From an uncultured Gemmatimonadaceae bacterium (lineage in GTDB: Bacteria; Gemmatimonadota; Gemmatimonadetes; Gemmatimonadales; GWC2-71-9): a stretch of 64,000 nucleotides of DNA. The notes below the pieces were generated by a model. It worked only from the letters and a program-made list of their open reading frames with translations. It did no database searches and had not been told where the DNA came from. This document shows positions 1 through 9,429 of the stretch, in pieces; within the stretch, counting starts at the first letter, position 1; the number at the start of each line of letters is the position of its first letter. The stretch covers positions 1,142 to 65,141 of the forward strand of contig CAZNLY010000011.1 of the NCBI GenBank assembly GCA_964574295.1. Direction: 5' to 3'. The translations under genes were made by a program, and so were the position numbers.

Positions 1-728
1 CCCTGTTGCACGGCATTCTGGCCCACCGTGCCATCGAGCACGAGCAGCACCTCGTGCGGGGCCCCCGGCACCCGGCGGCCGACCACCCGGGCCACCTTCC
101 GCAGCTCATCCATCAGCCCTTCCTGCGTGTGCAGCCGCCCGGCGGTGTCCACCAGCACGATGTCGGCTCCGCGCGCCGAGGCCGCGGCCACCGCGTCGAA
201 GGCCACGGCGGCGGGATCGCCGCCCGGCGCGCCGGCCACGCACGGGAGATCGAGCCGGGACGCCCACACCTCGAGCTGGGTCACGGCGCCGGCCCGCCAG
301 GTGTCGGCGGCGGCGAGGAGCGGCCGGCGGCCCTGTGCCTTGAGCCGGTGCGCGAGCTTGGCCACGGTGGTGGTCTTGCCGGTTCCATTTACCCCCATGA
401 CCAGCACCACGGTCGGGCCGGGCTCGGCGCACGCGAGCTCGACGCCGCCCGGGTCCCCCTGCAGCAGTTCCGCGATCTTCCCGGCGAGCGCCGAGCGGAG
501 GTCGGCCTCCGACTTCCACCTTCCGCGGCGCACGCCGTCCTCGAGCGCAGCCACCAGGTCCATCGTGGCGGGGACGCCGAAATCGGCCTCGAGGAGGAGC
601 CGTTCCATCGCCTCGATGTCGCCGGCGTTCAGCCCGCGCACCAGGGCGCCGACATCGGTGGTGGCCAGCCGCTTGAGGCGGGCCCACAGCCCGCCCTTCG
701 GTGGCGCAGTGACGCGATCGGGCTTCAT
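1..728 (-). CDS. ftsY: SRP receptor GTPase FtsY (short type, 3' end runs off the window)
   Basis: Manual translation from ATG 728: MKPDRVTAPPKGGLWARLKRL...LLLEADFGV...VVLVMGVNGTGKTTTVAKL...AGDTWRAGAVTQL...IDGTVGQNAVQQ. Missing from the ORF track because it has no stop in the window. Confidence 0.95.
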   Translation of the reverse strand, partial: MKPDRVTAPPKGGLWARLKRLATTDVGALVRGLNAGDIEAMERLLLEADFGVPATMDLVAALEDGVRRGRWKSEADLRSALAGKIAELLQGDPGGVELACAEPGPTVVLVMGVNGTGKTTTVAKLAHRLKAQGRRPLLAAADTWRAGAVTQLEVWASRLDLPCVAGAPGGDPAAVAFDAVAAASARGADIVLVDTAGRLHTQEGLMDELRKVARVVGRRVPGAPHEVLLVLDGTVGQNAVQQ

Positions 729-740
729 GCGGGAAATCTA
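726..740 (-). promoter_or_regulatory. Putative leaderless promoter of ftsY
   Basis: TAGATT-TCCCGC-ATG with no SD. Confidence 0.5.
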
Positions 741-748
741 AGGGGAGG

Positions 749-2539
749 TCAGCGGAGGCCGAGCCGGCGGCGCGCCAGCCACTCGCCGGCGAGGGCCGCC
801 AGCGCGAGGACATAGAGCCACGGCACGTCGCGCGCGGTGTGCCGAGTCCCGGTGGCCGCCGCGGCACCGGCGCGCGACGCGACCACCGGCGGACGCACCG
901 CCCACTCCCGGGACCAGCCGTCCACCGCCACGACTCCGGCACCGGCCCGACCCGCCGCGAGCCGGTAGTGATAGGTCCCCGGCGGCAGGTAGAGGCCGGC
1001 AGTGCCGTCACCGCCGAACCGCAGGGTGTCGGTGCGGTCGCCCGCCGCGCCCGTCAGGGTGATGGGCAGCAGGGCCAGCGAATCGGCCGTCCGGGCAAAG
1101 ACGAGCGGCATTCCGTGCTCCACCACGGTGCGGAGCGGCCGAGCCAGCGCCGCACTCCCCTCCGGCGTGGCCAGCAGCCAGGCGACGCTCGACGCGACGA
1201 GGACGCGATAGGCGTCGCCGCTCAACCCGCCGCGGAACCCCCAGCGCCAGAATCCGTCCGCACCCACCACCACCTCCCGCCGGGCGCCCGCCTGGCGCCC
1301 GATCCACACCGGCCTTGGCGCGCCGCGCCGGCCGACCTGCGCACTCGCCCCCACCCAGTCATCGGGCCCCACCTCGAGTCCGCTCGCGCCGGTCACGGGC
1401 GGGAGCGACTCCGCCGGAATGCCGGCAAACGCCATCCCGACGGGGGATCCCGGTGCGGCGGTCACATACCACTCGCCCGCCCCGCCGGAGGCGTCGGGCC
1501 AGCGCCAGGTGCTGGCCTCCCGCCGTGCCTCTATCCCCACACCCGCCTCACCCCGGATGACCAGGAGGTCCGCCCCGTGCGCCGCGGCCTGCACCACCGG
1601 GCCGGGCACCGGCTCGAGTCGCTCCATGTCGCGCCAGCTCCCCGGCACGACGGACACGTAGCCCTTGACCGGCAGTTCGGCCACCTCGCGCAGCGTGCGG
1701 TAGAGGAACCGGGCATCCCAGTCGCCGGGGCGCGCGAGCAGCACGATGCCGGGGGTCGGTGACATCGTCACGGCGACCAGTCGCGCGTCGTCGCGCGGCT
1801 CCTCGTCACCGGGGCCGGCGACTCGCGCCGCGAAGAACGCCGTGCCGGCTGGCAGGCCGCGGGTGGACGCCGCGAGCTCCACCACGACGGCCGCCCCCGG
1901 GGCCAGGACCACCCGTGTCCTGGCGAGGACCCTCGAGCCGAGTTCGAGGGTGACCACTGCCGTGTCGGGCGCCTGGCTGCCGAGGAGGCGGACGATCGCC
2001 GACAGCCGCAACGAGTCCCCGACCGTGACCCGCGCCGGCCCCGAGACCTCGTCCACGAGGAAATCCCTGCGGGTCGGCCGGGGCAGGACCAGGAAACCCG
2101 CCCCGGCGCGCAAGTCGGGCGCCGACCCCTCGAAGTCGTCCAGCTCGCCGTCGGTCACCACCACGACCCGCCGTCCCACCGCCGCGGCCGCCTCGAGCGC
2201 CGAGGCCGGGTCGCTCCGTCCGCGGGCGTCCACCGAGTCGGTCCACGGCCGGGCGTCGCCGAACCAGCGGACCCGCCCGAGTGCCCTCGCGGTGTCAGTG
2301 GCGCGGCGCCAGGCGCCGGAGTCGGCGCGGAGGCTCAGGGAGGCGTCGAGGAGGACGAGGGGGCGGCCACCGGGGGCGCGGGAAGTGAACCCGGGGTCCG
2401 CGAGCAGCAGGCCGACGGCGCCCCAGGCCACCGCGCGGCAGGCGAGCGGCACCCACGCGCCGGGGGCCTTCGGTTCGAGGTGGCGGTACGTGAACCACGC
2501 CCCGGCCAGGGCCGCAAGAAGGATCAGGGCGATCAGCAT
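749..2539 (-). CDS. Membrane protein with N-terminal TMs, VWA-like MIDAS motif, Ig-like and GATase-like regions, C-terminal TM
   Basis: LVLLDASLS (DxSxS) and VVVVTDGE motifs; hydrophobic N- and C-termini; GAGGT SD before ATG 2539. Confidence 0.6.
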   Translation of the reverse strand: MLIALILLAALAGAWFTYRHLEPKAPGAWVPLACRAVAWGAVGLLLADPGFTSRAPGGRPLVLLDASLSLRADSGAWRRATDTARALGRVRWFGDARPWTDSVDARGRSDPASALEAAAAVGRRVVVVTDGELDDFEGSAPDLRAGAGFLVLPRPTRRDFLVDEVSGPARVTVGDSLRLSAIVRLLGSQAPDTAVVTLELGSRVLARTRVVLAPGAAVVVELAASTRGLPAGTAFFAARVAGPGDEEPRDDARLVAVTMSPTPGIVLLARPGDWDARFLYRTLREVAELPVKGYVSVVPGSWRDMERLEPVPGPVVQAAAHGADLLVIRGEAGVGIEARREASTWRWPDASGGAGEWYVTAAPGSPVGMAFAGIPAESLPPVTGASGLEVGPDDWVGASAQVGRRGAPRPVWIGRQAGARREVVVGADGFWRWGFRGGLSGDAYRVLVASSVAWLLATPEGSAALARPLRTVVEHGMPLVFARTADSLALLPITLTGAAGDRTDTLRFGGDGTAGLYLPPGTYHYRLAAGRAGAGVVAVDGWSREWAVRPPVVASRAGAAAATGTRHTARDVPWLYVLALAALAGEWLARRRLGLR

Positions 2540-2572
2540 CGGGACCTCGGCCGGCGGCTGCCGGCCGCGGGG

Positions 2573-3814
2573 TCAGGGCGTGGCGGGCGCGAGGGAGAGG
2601 GCCGGCACCGGATACAGCTGCGCGGCGAGGCGGAAGCGCTCGGCGTCGAAGGCGGGGCGTTCGGCGGCGGGCACCGGTTCCCCGTTCCCCAGGTCCATCC
2701 GCCGGGAATCGCGCGCCACGCCGTTGACGCGGAACTCGTAGTGCAGGTGCGCACCGGTGGCGAGGCCGGACGAACCGACCCGGCCGATGACCTGGCCCTG
2801 CGACACGCGCGCGCCGCGGCGCACGGCGATGCTGCTCAGGTGGCCGTAGCGCGTGGTGATCCCGTTGGCGTGGCGCACCTCGATGAGGTTGCCGTAGCCC
2901 CCCGACCACCCCGCCTGGAGGACGGTCCCGTCGCCGGCGGCCAGCACCGGAGTGCCGTAGTCGGCGGCGTAGTCGGTGCCCTCGTGCCGGCGGGCAAAGC
3001 CCAGGATCGGGTGCCGGCGCGATCGGTTGAAGCTCGAGCTGATGCGCCGGAACTGGAGGGGCGCGCGGAGGAACGCCCGGCGGAGCGACTCGCCATCGGC
3101 ATCGTAGAACGACGACTGCCCGTCCGGCGTGTCGAACCGGAAGGCCGTCAGCGCCTGCCCGTTGATGGTCAGCTCGCTCGCCAGGATCCGGCCGAATCGC
3201 ACCTCGCCCTCGTCCGACACCATCCGTTCGAGCAGCACCTGGAAGCGATCGCCGGGCCGGATGTCGCGGGTGAAGTCCACCGACCAGGCAAAGACGTCGG
3301 CCAGGTCCCACGCGAGGCGCTGCCGTTCGCCCGGGCCCAGGAGGCCGGCGTCCACGGTCTCGTCAAGCGCGACATACAGCGAGTTGTCGATCGGCCCCTC
3401 GATCCGGACCACCTCCGGATGCCAGGCGATCGGCTGCACGACCGTGGTCCACCCGCCCTCGGCGCGCAGGAACTGGAGGCGCTCTTCGGCGCCGGTCCGG
3501 ACCGTGAACGCGGAGGGGAGGGAGTCCTGGCGGGGGCGGCGGAAGTTGAACACCATCCCGGTCCGCGCGCGGCGAGGGTCGAAGCGGGAGCGCTGCGCGA
3601 TCTGCTGCAGGTCGATGCCGAAGATGCCCTGCCGGGCCAGGAGGTCGGAGACGGTTTCCCCCCGCCGCAGCGTGTCGGCCGACTCGAGCCAGGCCTCGCT
3701 GACCACGATCGGCGGCGCCACCAGCACACGGCGCCAGGGCCAGGCGTCGGCCAGGCTAGCCCACGCCCCGGCCAGCACGATGCCCAGCGCCAGGGGAAAC
3801 TTGAGGTGCCGCAT
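2573..3814 (-). CDS. M23 family murein endopeptidase (MepM-like) with N-terminal anchor
   Basis: HEGTDY (HxxxD) and HLHY (HxH) zinc motifs; GYGNLIEVRH; TGATG overlap with the ftsZ stop. Confidence 0.9.
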   Translation of the reverse strand: MRHLKFPLALGIVLAGAWASLADAWPWRRVLVAPPIVVSEAWLESADTLRRGETVSDLLARQGIFGIDLQQIAQRSRFDPRRARTGMVFNFRRPRQDSLPSAFTVRTGAEERLQFLRAEGGWTTVVQPIAWHPEVVRIEGPIDNSLYVALDETVDAGLLGPGERQRLAWDLADVFAWSVDFTRDIRPGDRFQVLLERMVSDEGEVRFGRILASELTINGQALTAFRFDTPDGQSSFYDADGESLRRAFLRAPLQFRRISSSFNRSRRHPILGFARRHEGTDYAADYGTPVLAAGDGTVLQAGWSGGYGNLIEVRHANGITTRYGHLSSIAVRRGARVSQGQVIGRVGSSGLATGAHLHYEFRVNGVARDSRRMDLGNGEPVPAAERPAFDAERFRLAAQLYPVPALSLAPATP

Positions 3815-4962
3815 CAGTCCATCTGCCGCCGGATGAAGGTCGGGATTTCCATGTCCGGCACCTCGGAGGGCGCCGCGGGGCGCCGGGGTTCCGGGCGCGC
3901 GGCCGGCGCCGGGGCGGACACCGGCGGCGGGGTCACCGCCCGGCGCGGCACCGGGAAGGGGAGGATGCCGGATCCCTGGCGCCCTGCCCCGTCCTGGGCG
4001 CCTGCCCGGTCGAACCCCGTCGCGATGACGGTGACCCGGACCTCGCCCTGCATGGCGGGGTCGTTGGTGGCGCCGAAGATGATCTCGGCGTCGTCCCCGG
4101 CGGCGTCGTGGATGATCTGGTTGATCGTGCTGGCCTCGCCCAGGGTGAGGTCATTGCCGCCGGTGATGTTGATCAGGACGCCGGTGGCGCCGGCGATCGA
4201 GACGTTGTCGAGCAGCGGGCTGGAGATGGCCTGCTGCGCCGCCTCCATCGAGCGGTTGTCGCCGCGGCCGATGCCGGTCCCCATGAGGGCGGCGCCGCCG
4301 TTCTGCATGATGGTGCGCACGTCGGCAAAGTCCACGTTGATGATGCCGGTGGAGGTGATGAGCCCGGCGATGCCCTGCGTGGCGTGCAGCAGCACCTCGT
4401 CGGCCTTCTTGAGCGCGTCCTGGAACGGGATGCCCTTGCCGACCACCGCCAGCAGCCGCTCATTCGGCACGACGATCATCGTGTCCACATTGTTGCGCAG
4501 CTCGGCGATGCCCATCTCGGCCTGCCGCATCCGCCGCCGGCCCTCGAAGAGGAAGGGCTTGGTGACGATGCCGACGGTGAGGGCGCCGATGTCCCGGGCC
4601 ACCTGGGCCACGATCGGCGCCGCGCCGGTGCCGGTGCCGCCCCCCATGCCGCAGGTCACGAACACCATGTCCGCACCCTGGACGGCGGCGATGATCTCGT
4701 CGCGGTTCTCCTCCACCGCCTGGCGGCCGATCTCCGGCCGGGCGCCGGCGCCGAGGCCGCGCGTGAGCCGCTTGCCGATCTGGACCTTGAGGTCCGACCG
4801 CGAGGCGGCCAGCGCCTGGGCGTCGGTGTTGACCGAGATGAACTCCACGCCCTGGAGGCGCTCCTCGATCATCCGGTTCACGGCGTTGCCGCCGCCCCCG
4901 CCGACGCCGATCACCTTCATCCTGGCGCTCTGCGTCGCCGACTCCTCGAGCTCGAAGATCAT
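3814..4962 (-). CDS. ftsZ: Cell division GTPase FtsZ
   Basis: [20 protein letters not shown] tubulin signature, C-terminal peptide [11 protein letters not shown]. Confidence 0.99.
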   Translation of the reverse strand: MIFELEESATQSARMKVIGVGGGGGNAVNRMIEERLQGVEFISVNTDAQALAASRSDLKVQIGKRLTRGLGAGARPEIGRQAVEENRDEIIAAVQGADMVFVTCGMGGGTGTGAAPIVAQVARDIGALTVGIVTKPFLFEGRRRMRQAEMGIAELRNNVDTMIVVPNERLLAVVGKGIPFQDALKKADEVLLHATQGIAGLITSTGIINVDFADVRTIMQNGGAALMGTGIGRGDNRSMEAAQQAISSPLLDNVSIAGATGVLINITGGNDLTLGEASTINQIIHDAAGDDAEIIFGATNDPAMQGEVRVTVIATGFDRAGAQDGAGRQGSGILPFPVPRRAVTPPPVSAPAPAARPEPRRPAAPSEVPDMEIPTFIRRQMD

Positions 4963-4985
4963 GGTCGTGTCCTCTCAGGCCCGGA

Positions 4986-6239
4986 TCAGAAGAAGTCCTG
5001 GAACCACCGAATGACGGGAGCGAGCACCTTCTCGACCTGCGCGCCGCGGCGGGTGCCGCTGCCGAATCCGCTTCCCAGCGCCAGCTGCCGGGCGCCGTAG
5101 AGCGCGAGGCCCGCCGGCACCGCCAGGCGGGGCGTGGCAACGCTGTCGGCGAGGCCGGTGAGCCCCTGCCCCGGCGTGCCCACGCGCACCGGCATGGCGA
5201 ACACCTCGCGGCCCAGCTCGATGATCCCCGCCGCCTGGGCGCCGCCGCCGGTGAGGATGACGCCGGCCGGCAGCCGCTGGTGATAGCCGGCCCGGGTGAT
5301 CTCGTCGAGCGCGTACTCCAGGACCTCCTGGAGCCGCATGTGCATTATATGCGCGACGACCCGCCGGTGCGCGCTCCGCGGTCCCTGGCCCGGGGTGCTG
5401 GGCAGCTGGACCACGTCGTCCTCGGGCACCAGCGGCTCGTACGCCGCGCCGAACCGCTCCTTGATGCGCTCGGCGTCCTGCTGCGTGACCTGGAGGCCGT
5501 GCACGAGGTCGGCCGTGACGTGGCCGCCGGCGCAGAGCAGCGAGGCGGTGTGCCGGATCTTGCCGCCCTGGAAGATGGAGACGTTGGTCGACCCGCCCCC
5601 CAGCTCGACGATGGCGCAGCCGAGCTCCCGTTCGTCGGGGGTCAGCACCGCGAGGGAGGCGGCTAGCGGCTCCAGCACGAAATCGCCCACGCTGAACCCC
5701 GCCCGCTCCACGGCGCGCCGCAGGTTCTGCAGGACGCTGGAGAGGACGGTCACCAGGTACACCTCGGCCTCGAGCCGGGACCCCGTCATCCCGATCGGCT
5801 CGTTGATGCCGGGCTGCTGGTCGATGATGTAGTCCTGCGGGATGGCGTGCAGCAGCTCGTGGTCACGACCGAACGAGATGTTGCTCGCCATGTCGTTGAC
5901 GCGCGCCACGTCGCCGGTCCGGATCTCGTCGCCCGTCACCGACACCATCCCGTGGGAACTCCGCCCCGCCACGTGCTCGCCGGCGATGCCGCAGTAGACG
6001 GAGCCAACCTCCACCCCCGCCATGCGCTGCGCGTCGGCCATCGCCTTCCCGATGGCGCGGGTCGTCTCCTCGAGGTCCCGGACCACCCCGCGCCGCATCC
6101 CCCCCGAGCGCTCCACCCCGACGCCGAGGATTCGCGCCAGCGGCTCCCGCGCATCGCCGGTGGCCTCGGCCACCACCGCCACGGCGCGGGTGGTGCCCAG
6201 GTCGAGCGCCGCCACGAGGCGCTGCGGCGCGGCGCTCAC
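4986..6239 (-). CDS. ftsA: Cell division protein FtsA
   Basis: ALDLGTT, VELGGGSTN, LTGGGA actin-fold motifs; GTG start at 6239 overlapping the ftsQ stop (the ORF-track extension to 6860 is spurious). Confidence 0.97.
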   Translation of the reverse strand: MSAAPQRLVAALDLGTTRAVAVVAEATGDAREPLARILGVGVERSGGMRRGVVRDLEETTRAIGKAMADAQRMAGVEVGSVYCGIAGEHVAGRSSHGMVSVTGDEIRTGDVARVNDMASNISFGRDHELLHAIPQDYIIDQQPGINEPIGMTGSRLEAEVYLVTVLSSVLQNLRRAVERAGFSVGDFVLEPLAASLAVLTPDERELGCAIVELGGGSTNVSIFQGGKIRHTASLLCAGGHVTADLVHGLQVTQQDAERIKERFGAAYEPLVPEDDVVQLPSTPGQGPRSAHRRVVAHIMHMRLQEVLEYALDEITRAGYHQRLPAGVILTGGGAQAAGIIELGREVFAMPVRVGTPGQGLTGLADSVATPRLAVPAGLALYGARQLALGSGFGSGTRRGAQVEKVLAPVIRWFQDFF

Positions 6240-6922
6240 CCGGCCCGCCACCGGACCACCACCTGGCCGTCGAAGCGGCCATCGAGTTCCGCCCAGGCGC
6301 GGCCCTGCCGCGCGAGTACCGCTTCCGCTGCCGTCACCGCCCGAATCACCTCCGCTGACACGTCCGGCCGGACCCAGAGTCGCTTGCCCCCGAGCTCCAG
6401 CATTACATCGCCACGCACCGACGAGGCCGCCGTGATCCTCGCGAACAACTCCGGATCGAGGTCCCGGAGGCGGGAGAGCGCCCCCGCCACCGCGGCGTCG
6501 GGGTTGAGGACCACCGGGAGGTCCGGCGCCGAGACCGCGGGATCGAATGGCAGGTACTTGCCCGTCCGCCCCACCATGGCCAGCCGGCCGTTCCGCGGCG
6601 ACAGCGCCACCGCCCGCACCTCGGTGACCTCCAGCACCACCGTCCCCGGCAGCCGACGGTGAATCTCGGCGGTCCGGATCCCGGGGAGCGCCTGAACCCG
6701 CGCCCCGGCGGGATCGAGGTCGTCGAAGAGGTTCGCGCCAGCCGGCAGGGCCAGCGCGCGCACCAATGTCTCCGGACGGGAGGCGGCGGCCCCGACCACC
6801 TCCACCCTGCGCACCCGGAAGAACGCCAGGTGCCGCAGCACGCGCGGCGTCCCGTACCACACGAGGGCGAGCGCCGCTGCGACGCCGAGCCCCAGGAACA
6901 GCCGCCGTCGCGTTGCCGTCAC
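6236..6922 (-). CDS. ftsQ: Cell division protein FtsQ/DivIB
   Basis: Basic N-terminus, one TM, POTRA-like FRVRRVEVVG, C-terminal LDGRFDGQVVVR; position between murC and ftsA; GTGA overlap. Confidence 0.88.
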   Translation of the reverse strand: MTATRRRLFLGLGVAAALALVWYGTPRVLRHLAFFRVRRVEVVGAAASRPETLVRALALPAGANLFDDLDPAGARVQALPGIRTAEIHRRLPGTVVLEVTEVRAVALSPRNGRLAMVGRTGKYLPFDPAVSAPDLPVVLNPDAAVAGALSRLRDLDPELFARITAASSVRGDVMLELGGKRLWVRPDVSAEVIRAVTAAEAVLARQGRAWAELDGRFDGQVVVRWRAG

Positions 6923-8292
6923 GCCGCCCGCAGCCACTCGACGAGTTCCGGGCCGAGCCGGGTGATGTCGCCGGCGCCGAGGGTCAGCACCACGTCGCCC
7001 GGGCGGAGCAGACCGCGCACCACGGCGCCGACCTTGGCCCGGTCGGACACAAAGTGGGCGTCCGTGCCCCGCGTGCGGGCCGCATCGGCCACCGCCCGGC
7101 CGCTGACCCCGGCCACCGGCTGCTCGCGCGCGGCGTAGATCTCGGTGACGACGGCCAGATCCGCCTCCGCCAGCGCCTCACCCATCGCCTCCCCGTGCGC
7201 CATGGTCCGGCTGTACAGGTGCGGCTGGAAGACCGCCACGATCCGGCGCCCCGGAAAGGCCTGCCGCGCCGCCTGCAGCGTGGCGGCCAGTTCCGTCGGA
7301 TGGTGTGCATAGTCGTCGACCAGCATCACCCCCCCGAATTCGCCGAGCCGCTCGAACCTCCGCCCCACCCCGGTGAATTCGCCGAGCGCCTCGGCGGCGC
7401 GCTCGACATCTCCCCCCAGCACGTGCACCACGCCGAGGGCACCCGCGGCGTTCCGGAGGTTGTGGAGCCCGGGAACCTGGAGCCGGATCGCGAGGCTCCG
7501 TCCCCCAGGCAGGCGCAACTCGGCGGCAGTGTACCCCGCCTCCTGGCGGACGGCGACCACCCGCAGGTCGGCCCCTTCGCTCAACCCGAACCGCAGCGTA
7601 CCGCTGCCGAGCCGGGTGGCCAGCCGCCCGGCGCCTGGGTCATCCACGCCGATCAGCCGGTGCCGCGCCCGGCCGGCGAACTCCGCGAAGGCCTCCTCGA
7701 GCGCCTCAAACGATCCGTAGCACTCCAGGTGATCGGCCTCGACGTTGTTGACCACCGCCACGGTCGGCGTCAGGGCCAGGAAGGCCTGGTCGTACTCGTC
7801 GGCCTCGACCACGAAGAGCGCGTCGCCGTCGAGCCGGGCGTTGCCGCCCCACTGCCCCACCCGGCCACCCGCGAGCCCCGTGGGCGCCATCCCTGCCGCC
7901 GCCAGCGCCGTCGTCGTCATGACCGTCGTGGTGGTCTTCCCGTGCGTCCCGGCAATGCCGACCACCATGCCGCCGCTGATCAGCCGGGCGAGCGCCTCCT
8001 TGCGGGGCACCACCGGCACCCCCAGCGCGCGCGCCCGGGCCAGCTCCGGATGATCGGCCGGGACCGCAGCGGTGTGGACCACCGCGCGCACGCCGTCGAC
8101 GTGCGACGGATCGTGGCGGTCGGCCACCTGGGCCCCCAGCGCGGCCACATCGGCGGCCCCGCCCGGCTCCGGATCGCACCCGCTCACCGGCACCCCTCGG
8201 CGCCGCGCGATCAGCGCCAGGGCACTCATCCCAGCCCCGCCGATGCCGACAAAGTGCACGGGCCGGGGGTCGGTCGGGTCGAATAATTCCAT
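6919..8292 (-). CDS. murC: UDP-N-acetylmuramate--L-alanine ligase
   Basis: HFVGIGGAGMS, AGTHGKTTT, EADEYD, DDYAHHPTE, FQPH motifs. Confidence 0.98.
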   Translation of the reverse strand: MELFDPTDPRPVHFVGIGGAGMSALALIARRRGVPVSGCDPEPGGAADVAALGAQVADRHDPSHVDGVRAVVHTAAVPADHPELARARALGVPVVPRKEALARLISGGMVVGIAGTHGKTTTTVMTTTALAAAGMAPTGLAGGRVGQWGGNARLDGDALFVVEADEYDQAFLALTPTVAVVNNVEADHLECYGSFEALEEAFAEFAGRARHRLIGVDDPGAGRLATRLGSGTLRFGLSEGADLRVVAVRQEAGYTAAELRLPGGRSLAIRLQVPGLHNLRNAAGALGVVHVLGGDVERAAEALGEFTGVGRRFERLGEFGGVMLVDDYAHHPTELAATLQAARQAFPGRRIVAVFQPHLYSRTMAHGEAMGEALAEADLAVVTEIYAAREQPVAGVSGRAVADAARTRGTDAHFVSDRAKVGAVVRGLLRPGDVVLTLGAGDITRLGPELVEWLRAA

Positions 8293-8298
8293 GGAATT
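8285..8298. promoter_or_regulatory. Perfect 14-bp palindrome centred on the murC start codon
   Basis: AATTCCATGGAATT; nearby minus-strand TACATT (8309-8304) with TTCGCA 16 nt upstream. Confidence 0.45.
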
Positions 8299-8340
8299 GA
8301 GCTAATGTAAAATCGTGCTGAGAGTTGCGAAAGAGCGCGA

Positions 8341-9429
8341 TCAGCCCAGAAGCGTCAAAAGATGCGACACAATGTCGTGCGATGCGCGCGGCCGCCCGCG
8401 GGAGGCCGCGGCGGATGCCATGGCTCGGAGTCCGGGGCGGTCGTCGAGGAGCGAGTGGAGTTCCCGGGCAAGGGTGGCGGGGGTGAGGTCGCGCTGGAGG
8501 AGCACCCGCGCGGCTCCCGCCGCCTCGAGCGCCCTCGCGTTGGCGGTCTGGTGGTCGGCTGCCGCCGTGGGAAGCGGCACCAGGAGGCTCGGCAGGCCCC
8601 AGGCCAGGATTTCGGCGCAGGTCATCATCCCTGAGCGCCCGACGACGAGGTCGGCCACCGCAAAGGCATCCGCGATCGGGTCGAGGAAGTCGAAGACCTG
8701 CACCTCCGGGGCGTGGTGCAGCGGCTGGAACCGGGCATGACTGCCGGCCCCCGTGCCCCAGATGACCTGCAGCCCCGCGCCGCCGCCCTGGGCAAGCCAG
8801 CCCGCCACCGCCTCGTTGAGCGCCACCGCCCCCTGGCTCCCTCCCGTGACGAGCACCACCGGCCGGTCATCCCGCAGCCCGAAGTGCCGGCGAGCCGCGG
8901 CGGCGCGCGCGGGATCGGGCGGCGGGATCGGGTTCCCGGTGTCGAACACCTCCGTGTGCCGGCCAAACCGGAGGCGCGAGCGCGCCTCGGGGACTCCGAG
9001 GTAGACGTGGCGAACCCGGGGGCTCAGCAGCCGGGTGGCGAGCCCCGGCAGGGCGTTCTGCTCCTGGATGGCGGTCGCGATGCCGCGGCGCGCCGCGAGG
9101 TACACCACGGGGGCCGAGGCGTATCCGCCGGTGCCGAGGACGGCGGCCGGCGCCTCGCGGTCGAGCAGCTGGCCGACGGAGCGTGCCAGCCGGGCGGCCA
9201 CCACCGGCCAGCGCCAGTTCCGCCACCATTGCCGTCGGTAGAGGGGCTCCGCGGGCAGGAGGACGTAGCGGAAGTCGCGCGAGGGAAGCAGGGTGCGCTC
9301 GATGCCGCGCACCGCCCCGACGAGCACCGGCTCCACCTCCGGCCGTTGCCGCCGCAATTCGGTGGCGATGGCCAGCGCCGGCATCAGGTGTCCCCCGGTG
9401 CCGCCGCCGGCGATGAGGACGCGGGTCAT
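8341..9429 (-). CDS. murG: Undecaprenyl-PP-MurNAc-pentapeptide GlcNAc transferase
   Basis: MTRVLIAGGGTGGH, GGSQGA, DHQTANA; ATG 9429 overlaps the ftsW stop. Confidence 0.97.
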   Translation of the reverse strand: MTRVLIAGGGTGGHLMPALAIATELRRQRPEVEPVLVGAVRGIERTLLPSRDFRYVLLPAEPLYRRQWWRNWRWPVVAARLARSVGQLLDREAPAAVLGTGGYASAPVVYLAARRGIATAIQEQNALPGLATRLLSPRVRHVYLGVPEARSRLRFGRHTEVFDTGNPIPPPDPARAAAARRHFGLRDDRPVVLVTGGSQGAVALNEAVAGWLAQGGGAGLQVIWGTGAGSHARFQPLHHAPEVQVFDFLDPIADAFAVADLVVGRSGMMTCAEILAWGLPSLLVPLPTAAADHQTANARALEAAGAARVLLQRDLTPATLARELHSLLDDRPGLRAMASAAASRGRPRASHDIVSHLLTLLG

